Source: Moniliella sp. 'wahieum' (Eukaryota). Taken from it: a stretch of DNA of 52,659 nucleotides. Position numbers and translations under genes: made by a program. This document shows, one piece after another, positions 36,823 through 47,702 of this stretch. Position 1 is the stretch's first letter. Each line of letters opens with the position of its first letter. Below the pieces are notes generated by a model, which saw only the letters and a program-made list of their open reading frames with translations, did not search any database and was not told the origin of the DNA. Where the stretch lies: assembly GCA_003971905.1 (NCBI GenBank), contig RSEE01000152.1:62001-114659 (forward strand), read 5' to 3'.

Positions 36823-37033
36823 TGTCACAGGCCTAGCTAGCGATGCTGGCGATGGTCGATGGAGATGGCATTCAAGAGCTAAGGAGAGCTAGAGCTATGG
36901 GCCTTGATAGGCTCCTGGCCTGGAGGCCAGTGGAAACCCGTGGAAGGGTCGGAACTCACTGCCCCGGTGCACTGTGTGGATCGGGCCACGTGTCACTGAA
37001 GGCCGATGGGCTCTAGACCACTGGTGGTCAACA
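36823..37033 (-). repeat. 5' LTR (211 bp)
   Basis: Identical to the 3' LTR except for two single-base homopolymer-length differences. Confidence 0.97.
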
Positions 37034-37960
37034 ACATTCGGCTCAGCATCCGCCCCAACGCATGATGCGCATCGGATTGTCCGCGGTGCTTTGACCAACC
37101 TTGCCTTTGACGACGGCTGTGCTTTTTGACGGAGGTGGACTGAGGATCCTGATGACGTGTGGCATAATGAAACACGCGTGATGCACGATGAGTTGGTTCC
37201 ATCGCGTTAGAATGTTTTCTTGGCGCAGTGAGGCGCTGCGCGGCCGGAGGCTGAGCGGCCTCCGCGAAGCTGAAGCTAGCCTGAGGCTTCCCTGAAGCCT
37301 GAAAACTGGAACTGTGGAAGACGACGGAATTGGGAAGCTGGAAGCGGCAAGCTTTACTTTGCTGCGCATGGGGTAATTAAACTCGCAGTGTCGTCGTGCG
37401 CCGGCCGGCCGGCCACGGCTCGGGATGAGGTCATTGCGGGGGGAAAACAGGTGCGGTGCGGCCAGCCACCGCCGCCACACCACGCGCAGGCCCAGTGTCA
37501 CCGCGCCATTGTCCCATCCCGCACGGGGGCAGTCTGCGCCGCTGGACGGCTCCGGTCGTCTGTCATCATGTCATATAACTTGCATTGCACTTGCCCAACC
37601 ACCGCCGTCGCCTCGCACGGCCCCCTGCTCGCCATCGGCATGGCGCAGGCAAAGATGACCAGCGAACGTGCCAAGCTCACTCTCACCCATTGCCCTCCCT
37701 CCCAGCACGCCCCGCCAGGGCCCATCGCGACACTGCCCAGGTCGTACTCTCTCGGCTGATGCGTGCGCTGATGCATATCTCGATCTCCGCCGCACCCACC
37801 TGCCCCCTACGCGCCCACAGGCCCCCCCTAGCTAGCCAGCCCACTGCCCAAAGCGCAGATGAGAACCCCCTCAGCGGGGTGGGAAGAACAGCAGGGCTGA
37901 GCAACGCGCACACAGCCCCCCTCCCTCCTTCTTCCTCGCCTCTCCTTGCCACGACGAGCA

Positions 37961-37969
37961 TATATAAAA
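37961..37969 (+). promoter_or_regulatory. TATA box of the secreted-protein gene
   Basis: TATATAAAA, 115 bp upstream of the ATG at 38076. Confidence 0.65.
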
Positions 37970-38075
37970 CGGTGGCACTCTCTCCGTCACAGAATGATAC
38001 TTTCCACCCCCCCAGCCTCAGCCCTGTTCCGTCGCCACTTTTCTACCACCGCCCTTCCACCCGACCTCTGCCACC

Positions 38076-38972
38076 ATGTTCTCCAAGACCTTTCTAAGCG
38101 CGCTTGTTGCGTCCGCCTTGGTCGCTGGCCAGGTGGCCGCGTTGCCACAAGCTGGGTCCGGCTCGGACTCGTCGTTCTCGAGCGCCACGAGCACCGCCTC
38201 GGTTTCGTCCGCGTCGTCTCCTTCCGCGTCCAGCTCGAGTGCCTACGGTTCGTCGTCCAGTGGTCGGTCTTCCAGCGCATCCTTCAGCGGTTCGGCCAGC
38301 GCGACGTCCTCGGGTCTCGGCCCGCTGCCCACGGGCCGGCCCGGGAACTCTTCCACCGGCACCGCGATTAACGTTACTGCCCTCACCACCACGGAGACCA
38401 ACCAGACTGGCTTTGAGTGCTGGTCGATTTCGGAAGATGTCAATGTGACTTCGAGCGCGGCCGGGGTGGCGGTTCTGTATGGGTTTGAACCGACGGGCAA
38501 TGTGACCTTCTCTCTCTTCTCGCCGGGCTACGATGCAGGTCACGTCAATGCGTCTACGTCTTAGTATGTTTCTCCCTTGCTTGAATTGCCTTCGGCTGTG
38601 TTCATCGCGGAAGGGCCGTGCTAACCTACGTTGCTTGTGCATTTCTTTTCATTTCTCAGCTGGGCGTACATCACCTCGGTCTGGCTCAGTTCTCTCTCGA
38701 CGCTTCCAACGCCACCTCGTCCAACGGCACCAACGCCACCCTGCCTGTGGCCAATGCCACTTTGTCCGAAGCCGAGGTTGCCTTTGTCTCCCCGGCGCGT
38801 TTGGTCTCGTGCTGATCGACGCCAACGCAACCGCACCCGTCTCGTTCAACCTCTCCTTCCCGGGCCCGAGCCAAACCACGTTCCTGTCCACGGGCGTTAC
38901 CGGTACCCCCAACCACACCGTCCTCCCACGGGGCAGTGCAATGCGACGAGCCAGCTGGCGGCGCTGGCGTGA
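38076..38972 (+). CDS. Small secreted protein: Ser-rich stalk plus fungal cupin-like domain
   Basis: Signal peptide MFSKTFLSALVASALVAGQVAALP, Ser-rich region, then INVTAL...FECWSI...PGYDAGHVNA..|YWAYITSGLAQFSL...FGLVL...FPGP...PNHTVL.TGQC. Intron 38564-38659 (GTATGT..CTAAC..CAG). Confidence 0.75.
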
Positions 38973-40145
38973 GCTGGCACGTGAAGCACGCCCATCAGCG
39001 GGAGCTGAGCATACGATGGATAGCATCCGTCCACGGTGTGGTGGTGGAGCGAGTGCGATTCTGCGGGCAGCATTTTTTCCTTAAATTCCCTGGATCCTTC
39101 TCATAACCCACATGATCGGCCATCCCGATTGTGTGGTGCGATTAGCTGTTTGCGTGAGCTCGGCCGCGTTGCCGTCGTAGGGAATGCGGGGAACGCGAAC
39201 GAGCGTCCATACTATGGCTTCAACCTCTTTCTTCCCATGCATCTTTTATCCCAACGTGAGTACTATTGTTGAGAAAACAAATCAATTCTTCTTCTTTTCA
39301 AACCTCCTCTATAGCTATCCCGGATGAGATGGCCATCCTTCCTTCGGGGCGTGGTTGCCGGGCCCGTAAAAGCCGTCGTAAGCGAGGAGATCGCAGACTG
39401 CTACAACGGTTATTGTACATGCTCATGGATGAGAGATGTCAACTGCTTTTTGCATGGAAGGAGTGGCCACTACAAGGGCCTTAATGTGGGCTAACTTTTT
39501 GGTTTCGGGATGAGAGCACAGTGAGGTGGGCGGGCGGGGGGGGACTAGGAGAGGGAAATGAAGGACTGGGAAAACCGTGCATGCAGCAGGAGGTACAACA
39601 AAGTGAAGGTGCGAGACAAGGGCCAGAGAAGACAGTTGAAACTATGCAAAGAGCGAGTAGAAGAGCCGACCGAACCACTCAGCCTCGTTGGCTCGGCCGC
39701 AGAGAGAAGGAAGGAAGACGAAATGCGCGGGAGAACACCGTTACCTGAACCTAGCCCCATTGGGGGACCCCCAACAGCAAGGGAAGAGAGAGGAAAAGAA
39801 GTGTTTTTGTCTCTGGCGTCATATATCATAGGAGTGGGGGGGGGGGGGGGGACTTTTGAGGCCAGACGAATGCAACCTTTGGAAACTGAGAGAGGATGGG
39901 AAAGAAGATGACCAAGATGACGGACTATTGTGATTGGGCACACCGGCCACAGCGCCTAACTAACCACATCCACATTTAGGGGCTGGACGAAGTAGGACGC
40001 CAGAGGGGCAGAGTTGCACGAGGCAGCCTTAGAGCAAGGGGGACCCTGGCTGAGGACCCCGGCAGCTCATTGGAGTAGTGGGAAAAGGTAGGGGAAAGAA
40101 CAGTCACCGGTGCTCCCAGAGGGGCGGGCCAAGCCGGAGGTTAGC

Positions 40146-43100
40146 TCAGGCGGGTAAAGAAGGAGCGCCAGGAATCCCAGTTGCCACCAAACGGCATCTG
40201 GGACCAAAATGGCTGCCACACTGTCCTCTTGTCGCCTTGGCCATCATGTCCAGCTCAGCATGTGGCTGGGCAAGAGGAGGCGGAGTTGGACGAGCGGGTT
40301 GGCCAGGGGAGGGGGCTGGTTCCCCTCCGAGGCGCTGGTCTCCCTTCCTGGGTCGCACAGGGACGACACAGCCGACGCGCGGACAGGGGTTGGAGGGTTG
40401 GGCGCCGTAGAGGGCGGTGCAGGGGCTGTGGGAGCAGGATGAGGGACCGAAAGCGTTTCTGCCATATCCACCTCCGCCGCCACGTCGGACAAGGAGTGGA
40501 GGATGCGAACCAGTTTGCCTGCCAAAGGATGAGACAGTTCCATCTCCTGTAGCGAAGCCAAGCAACGTGCCATCAGGGCCCGGCAACGAGCTGCCGTATC
40601 GGAGGCCTGTTTCATCTGAACAGGGTCAACTGTTGGCATGGTCGCCGACGTAGTGCCGCTTGCTCCCGACACTGCATCTGCTTGGCTCGGTCGGAACGAG
40701 GAGGCACCCGAGCTCAGGTGGGGCTCAAGGAGCAGACGATGGTACCGGCCTCAAACAGCATGTAGACCCAGACGCTGGCTAGCTTGCGCGGCGGGTACAG
40801 GGCCTTGTACGCATCTGCAATGTCCAGAATTTCCGCCGCCGCTTGGATGCTCACCTGCGCCGCATGGGAGAGGGGGAGGAAAAATGTTGGCCGACAGGTG
40901 GGGTTGGCAACCGTCTTTGGATCGACAGCATTGTGGCTCGGCGAGGATGATGGGGCAGCAGGACGGGGAGGTGCAGTTGGCCGGATGGTCTGCCGATGCT
41001 GCTCTACCAGGAGACTGGTAATGCTCACCTTCAGTCCCGGTCGGGTTGGCGTAGTTGGCACAGCGGGTGAGACTCGGGATGCCACCTCATCGGACCTGCC
41101 CATCGTACCGTGAGGGGCGGGCTGGGTATGGTTTGGGCCGGGGGACGAGCCATTGCTCGTGGGTCCTTTGTGGACCGCAGCGCGTCTTGACCAGGCCGTT
41201 CAGCCGCGACGGGGGGCGCGAATCCATATTTGCGCAGCGTTTCAAGGTCAAAGTGGAGTAGGTGGGGCTGGACAATGAAAAGGCGGTGGAGGAGGAGGAT
41301 GTTGAGGTGGGTCCAAGCGCGCACGCTAAGGAAACTGGGGGGTGCACCGGCATGTCGGGGAGGCATGACGAACAGCTCGGGAGGCCGTAGGGGATTGGCA
41401 TCGGGCGCCGGCGGCTGGGCATAGGTCAATGGCATCCGTTCTGTGCGGATCGATGGGGGCATGTTCTCAGACAGTTGGGTGAGCATACGCATGATGCGCA
41501 GATAGCTTTCCCTCAGCCGCTGTTGTAGATCAGCTCGCCCGGCGCCGTCGCCTCCCTCGCCTGCATCCCACAAGGCCAAAGAATCGGATAGCCAGCGGGA
41601 ACCCGCCTCCCCATCCTGGTCTGTGTCCATCGGACTCTGCTCAGCTGATCCCCTGAATATGCCAAGGGATGTAGTGTCTCTGGGCGGGGTCCACACAGAC
41701 CCAGGTGAGGTGGGCTGCAGGGTTGGTATGTAGAGAAGATCGAGGATGTGCTCGGTGATGACACAAAGTTGCGAGACGACAGAGAAGGACACATCGATCC
41801 GAGCAGGCACGCCCTTGAGTTCAGGGATCACCGTGGGCAGAACAAACATGACACTACTTTTTGTGAGCCACGGTTGGGTGACGTCCAAGCCAGTGGGGGC
41901 AGGGAGGTCGACATCCACCTGAGCGCGGCGGATCATACAAGGGCGCTCCGTGAAGACCGAGATGAACTTGTCACTGGGGACAAAAAGAAACGCAGGTCAA
42001 TACGGCTCTGGTGGCCAAGGTAGGTAGACTGGTAGGAAGGCCGGCCGCAGCCAGTCATACAGTACAAACGAGCACCAAAAGACCCGACGCCGGACCAGGA
42101 TGATTTCCTCCAGCGTATAGGCGCCTGCAGCAGCGTACATGGCCCGTTCTTCTTGCGCGTAAGCTTGTTCCTCCAAGGTAATAGCGTCGGTCACCATGCT
42201 TGGTACCAAGCGATTGGGTCGGTCCAAGGTTGATGCGATCCTCGGTCGGTGAGGCGCACCATCCGTTCCATTTCCATTTCGCCTTGCTTTCGATGAAGAT
42301 TCATATCGAGCACAAGGCGACACACGAGGCCAGTGGACTGCCACCCTTGGTGGATGCGCCCTGCCGAGTAGTCCGTCATGGCCAGTAAGAAGAGGGCTTG
42401 GGCAACCCAGATGGCACGGATGTGGGCATAGGACATGAGTGCGATTCGGCACTTGTCCACTAACCGGTCCAAATCTTCCTCCGTCACAATGTCTCCCGGT
42501 TGCACAGGTATGCCTGCCACAGGGTCGACTCCTTTGGGCGAGCTGTTTTGTGTGAGGGTATTGGCGGCCGCACAACATAACAACTGAAAGAGCAACGGAA
42601 TGGACTCCTTGAGTGAAGCGATGTAGGAAGAGAGGGTTTGATGGCGGGCAGACGCAGGGGCAGGAACTGCCCGGGCGGATGCAGGATCGGGTTCGACACC
42701 CAGGCTAGGAGCAAAGAGAACGTTGGGAGCCAGCAGAGGCCAGTGGTCGTGGATAAAGGCGATATAGATCTCAATCAGACGCGATTCGAGTGGGGTGATG
42801 ACTTTGGGGTCTTGCCTAGGGCCCTCTTCCACCACCGCCAAGGGGGGAGGATTGAGGCCAAAACGACCAAAGGAATTGGGTGATGGCTCAGGCGCAGCCG
42901 GGGTAGGTCGGCCGGGTTGGCTGGTGGGGGGAGGCGGCAGGGAAGATCCGCGCATTTCTGCTACGGGCGGTAACCTAGGATGTGGCCGAGGTACCGGGGG
43001 AGAAGGGGCATCCTTAGGGGCGGGAGCAGGCACTGGGGGAGAAGGGGTTTCGATAGGAGCGGAAGCAGGCACCGGGGCGGAAGCAGGCGCCGGGGCGGCA

Positions 43101-43638
43101 GCGGTACAGCGGCGCTTGCGTGCGTGGCCACGGGTGGGCGCGCTGGCCTTGTCTGCGAAAGACGGATCAGGTCCACTGGAGCGTTTACTGGCCTGGGCAT
43201 CCTCACGCATTTTTCGCTGGGCCGCCCAATAGCCCTTGGGGGGGCCGCGCTTTTTGGGATGGGGGTTAAACTGGCACCGGTCGCCACATCCAATGCTGCT
43301 GCAGCCGGAGCAGGGCTTGTTGCCGTCGCATTTTATCTTCTTGTAGGCGCAGCGCGTGCATGCGTTCAGGACGCGCCGCTTCTTCTTAGTGTCGGTGTCG
43401 GTGTTGGTGTTGGTGTTGGTGTTTGGACCAGTGCCAGTGCCAGTGCCAGATGCAGAGGCAGCCGGGACGAGAACAGACCGATCAGCATCCACACCGTGCT
43501 GCTGCCGGCGTGGCTCGGACGAGAGCAAAGATGGCGGGCATGGGCGGGGGCATGGGCGGGGGGACAAGGGTGGGGGACAAGGGGTGGGCGCAGACGACGC
43601 ACTGGCCGGGGGGGGTGAGGAGGGGAGTGGTGAGGCAT
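40146..43638 (-). CDS. Zn(II)2Cys6 transcription factor with fungal-specific (Fungal_trans/MHR) domain
   Basis: ACTRCAYKKIKCDGNKPCSGCSSIGCGDRC..KKRGPPKGY, then FIHDHWPLL, DMNLHR and RRRVFWCSFVL|DKFISVFTERP. Intron 41974-42060. The start is inferred across a frameshift, and the 3' end is uncertain (about 39960-40240). Confidence 0.92.
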
Positions 43639-45191
43639 AGGGCAGGTGGTGGTGACTTGGGTTTATGGGTTAAGGTTGCGATGGACAGCGGACAGAGATG
43701 CTTTCATCTTTCAACTTTCGGTCTTTCTTCGGTCTGAGCGGCCTCCTGGCCGATGCACCGCAGCAGCTGGTAGCAGCAGCAGCACCGATCGCCCGCCATC
43801 TGGGTCACCCATCGGGCTTTACGAAGTTTCAGCTCCACGCTGCACGATTAGATAGGCTTTGAAATTTGACATGTCACTAGTGCCACTTGAATATGATCAC
43901 CAGCTGCCCTGCCGTGCGCAGGCGCAGCAGGGGCCCTGCATGGCGCCCCAATCGCCCGTCTGTGGGCGTGTCCCAGCTCCAGCGCCAGTCACGCGTGTCA
44001 CATAGTGTCACATCCTGTCACATACAGGCCGCAGCTCCCCCCAGCCGCCACTCCATTCATTAATCGAACCATTAATCATGCACGGTGTCTGATGACATGG
44101 ATGACACACGAGGAAGTGCTATCGGATGACTACCCATCTTCATCACAGAGCATGGCTGCACAACTAATTTTGAAGCTTTTGAAGCTAGTTTTCCCGAGCG
44201 CCTTTTTGGAAGCTTGAGCTTGAGCACTGGAGGGGCAAAGGAACGCTGCGTCTACACCAGAAGTATATCGTACTGGACCCCGCGCGGGTTGGGACGCCCC
44301 TGGGGCTGCCGCCCGCCCCTACTCTTCGTCTCTATTTCGGAAACCATATGTAGCTGTGGTCGATCTAGACCCTATTGCACCTGCTTCGCCCTCAGGCTGA
44401 AGACTGGGAGCCTCAGTACTGAGCTGAACACGCACAATGTCAGACTTTGCCCGAGGGAAAACCCACGCCGACGTTGTCGGCGCTCACCGTGACTTCCCCC
44501 CACACATTGGGTATTGTATAGTGCACCCGCGCGCCAATGAGGCCTAGTAGGGAATGCTGACCCGCCCCGGGCCCCTATCCCATTTTCGTCGCTGTGGTCT
44601 CTGGTCCTAAAATGAGATAGTCGGGCTCTCTCGTCCGCATCGGTGCGACCGCCAGTGCTTCTATTTTTGATTTGGAGGAAAGAGACATATGTGGAGGGGG
44701 AGTTGCTGCTCATCACGTCCAAGCAGATCTGCCTTTCGTCCACAGGTTGGCGTTCCCATCGCCCTCGCGGGCACCTTCCTCACCTACCGACGGACATTCT
44801 CAGCAACAAGTCGCCATACTGATGGGACAGGTCCTAAGCAGCACTTATTGGACTCTCTTCTCTCGTCAAGGATCGCAATGAGATCCGTATAGGTAATACT
44901 GGGCATTGAACTTCTCGACGGAAATGGATGCCCCGTCGAGAGGATACAGACGACCAAGAGCTGGTTTCACCGTGGATTGAAGCTGGACTAAGACGACAGC
45001 TGGTAAGCTAGGAAATGCCTGGGTCTCAAACATAGATTGACGCAAGGATGATGGTACAACGAAAAGGACAAAAGTGGGAGGCAACTTAATGCTCCAAAGC
45101 GCGACTGGGCTCAAAGGAACATGGCGGGCATCATGCATCATGAGAACGATAGTAAGCTCGTACATCATCATTGATTATATCAATGGTCGAA

Positions 45192-47702
45192 TCAAATATA
45201 GGAAGGCATTCCCTCTTTTAAAGAGCTTAGAAAGGCGGGCAACAGAGTGCGGGTATATAGCAGGGCAGGTGGGGGAGCAATCGTGTGGATCGGTGTGTAG
45301 TGCACCTGCACGCGATCAGGCCCTTCAGCGAGAAGATGCTGCCCACACGGATCAAACGAATCGAACCAGTGGCGAGGATCCGTCTTCGACTCGGTACCCC
45401 GGGCAGGCGAAACGCAAAGCCCCGAAAACGGCGTCATTGGTGCCACATCCGCATCGTTTTGGCTTTGAGTCATCAAACGAGTCACCATCCCATCCACGTT
45501 GCGTACCAGCGCATCCATCCAGTGGGGACAAGCCTCCCTTCCTAGCCCTGCAGGTGGATGAGTATCCGGGTGGGCAAGGATGAACCCCCTACGGACAATC
45601 AGCTCGGATCGAACATGGTCCCAAACACTCCAGTTGACCAGCGCGTCCAACTCTTGCATCACCCCGGCTCGCATCGTTGGCTCCAGTGTGTTGAGAAGTC
45701 CGTCACAGTTGACCTCAATTTTAGTTTTGCCCTTCTCCGAGCTCACATGAGGCGAAGAACCCGAAGACGGAGAGTGCAGACCGTCCGTTTCAGAGGTAGC
45801 CATGAAGGCACATCCGCGCTCACACCAAGCCAAAATGGGATCGGCCACCTCGGGGATGCAGCTGAGCTCATGGAGTAATGTCCACAAATTTTGCTCATGA
45901 CGAGCAATCAACGCCGACCAAATCTCGCGGGTCGAATCCCCTCGCTCCCGTGTGGCGATCAAATCCTCGAGAAACATTTGAACGTCCCCCAGCCGGTCCG
46001 CAAGATGGGCTCGTTTCGCTGCCAAGGCACAGACGGGAAGTAATGCGTTGAGCAAGTCTTTGATCAGCCCGGGTACAAGCCCTGACTTCATGGCGTCATT
46101 GGCGTTCTGCAAGTCACGAGCGTAGAATACCTCCCGAAGTAACAACTTGAGCCGAGCAAAGGCCAGTGCATCCTGCTCCCTCCTCCTTGGTCAAGGGACG
46201 AAGCGGCTCGCCGCCTACAGTTCCTGCTCTTTGAAAATCCTTGGCAGCCGCCGCTTTGACCTGATCGCTCGCAACGGGGTTAGCGGCATTCAGGTGACCA
46301 ACATATTGGGATCGGGCAAAGGACGCTTGCATCCGCCATACATGGGCCTCCTCGTCCGCCTGCTCTGCTCCATTTCGTAGCCCACGGAGCAGAATGACTG
46401 TCAAAATGTCGATCCCTTCGCTGCGGGCCTTCGCCACGACAGCCTCTCGCTCAGCGGGTGAGACAGTGTGAACATATGCCTTGACAAGCTTCGCGTAGGA
46501 CTCGTATTTTTCAGGGATGCTGTTGGCGACGGGTGCGACTCGGGTGGTTTCGAACAGCTTGTGCTCCCGAGCAAAGTTGTTGCGCACAATGCGCTGGATC
46601 ACACTCTGTGTCCCGGCAGGCCGAGCTAACAGGAGCGAGATCAATCCCTGCACGATCCCCACAGCCGAGGGGGAGCGCAGTACCTGGCGAACCGCCCAAA
46701 ACGGAAAGCTCGCTACTCCATTTTTGAGGGAGCGGAACATGAGATCACTCTCGGGTTCGAACATGAGCAACTGAAGCAACAGGTTGGCAAGGCCTTCGCG
46801 CACGACACGAATCACGTTCTGTTTGCTGGGGGGCAAATCACGGATCAGGGGCGTGGCAAGCGAGGCCCAAGCATGTCGCATCCCCCGGGCTCCTCGATGC
46901 ATTCTACCCAAAACGCTCGCCAGTCCCATGCTTGCTGTCGTGCATGCTGACCTGCGCGGTGCCAGATCTGTCCTTGGGGCCCCGATTCCAAAGGGAAGAG
47001 GTGGTCGATCCGGGCTCGAAGAGAAGGGGGGATTTGAGCGGGGCGGGCCAAGCCACGTTTGATGCGAGCTCTCCAAGGTGTGCTGGACTCAAACTGGCCC
47101 TCCCCCTCTTGCTCACCTCCCACCTCGTCCGCAATACCAACACCACGGGAAAAGAAATGGGATCCAAGATCAGCTGCCATGAGGAGGCGGTAGCGAAGCA
47201 GAGTCATCATTCCTCGCTCCAGTGGCGATGACATTTGGCGGATGGCCAGGTCGTCAGCAAGGGCCTGGATGCGCATCCGCCAGAATCGGTCGGGGAGCGA
47301 ATCGAGAAAGGGGAAACCTTGAGGGACGCGTGGAAGATAAATCGAAAGATGATGGGCTCGGGACCAGGATGACGCTGGCCGTCCATGAGAGTGCGTGTGG
47401 GCGTTGGGTTCTTGCTCCTCCTGATGTCCCCATTCGGCGCAGGGGTGCAGACGGGGGCGGGGGCAAAGGGCGGTCCGTAGAGGGCGAGCTGGCCAGGACG
47501 CATGAGGTCGTCCAGCTCGCGGCCAAGTTGAAGCGAGACGAGGGAGCTGACGAGGTAGTGGCGCTGCTCGGGGGACAGCGCGGGGGAGGCGGCGGGCGGA
47601 GGGGGCACGAGTGAAGGGCGTTGGACAGGGGGGCATCATCGGCGATGGTGCAGTGTCCGCTGCGGCGCTGGCGGCGGGGAGGGCATACGCGACGGCACCC
47701 AT
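45192..47702 (-). CDS. PXB + DUF3818 protein (Lec1/Ypr097w-related)
   Basis: N-terminal LSPEQRHYLVSSLVSLQLGRELDDL..PGQLALYGPPF...FPFL..FW, as in PXB. Later FPFWAVRQVLR..AVGIVQGLISLLLARPAGTQSVIQRI and LIARHEQNLWTLLHEL, as in DUF3818. Confidence 0.72.

Larger units (their letters stand above)
31784..37033 (-). mobile_element. Full-length Ty1/copia LTR retrotransposon (5.25 kb)
   Basis: Two TG...CA LTRs, PPT AGCGGGGG at 31993-32000 next to the 3' LTR, and domain order gag-PR-IN-RT-RH. Confidence 0.97.

Noticed and set aside
36800..36830. tRNA gene next to the LTR
   Set aside because: Only an anticodon-arm-like hairpin is present, with no acceptor stem, D arm or T arm. It is treated as a candidate PBS instead.
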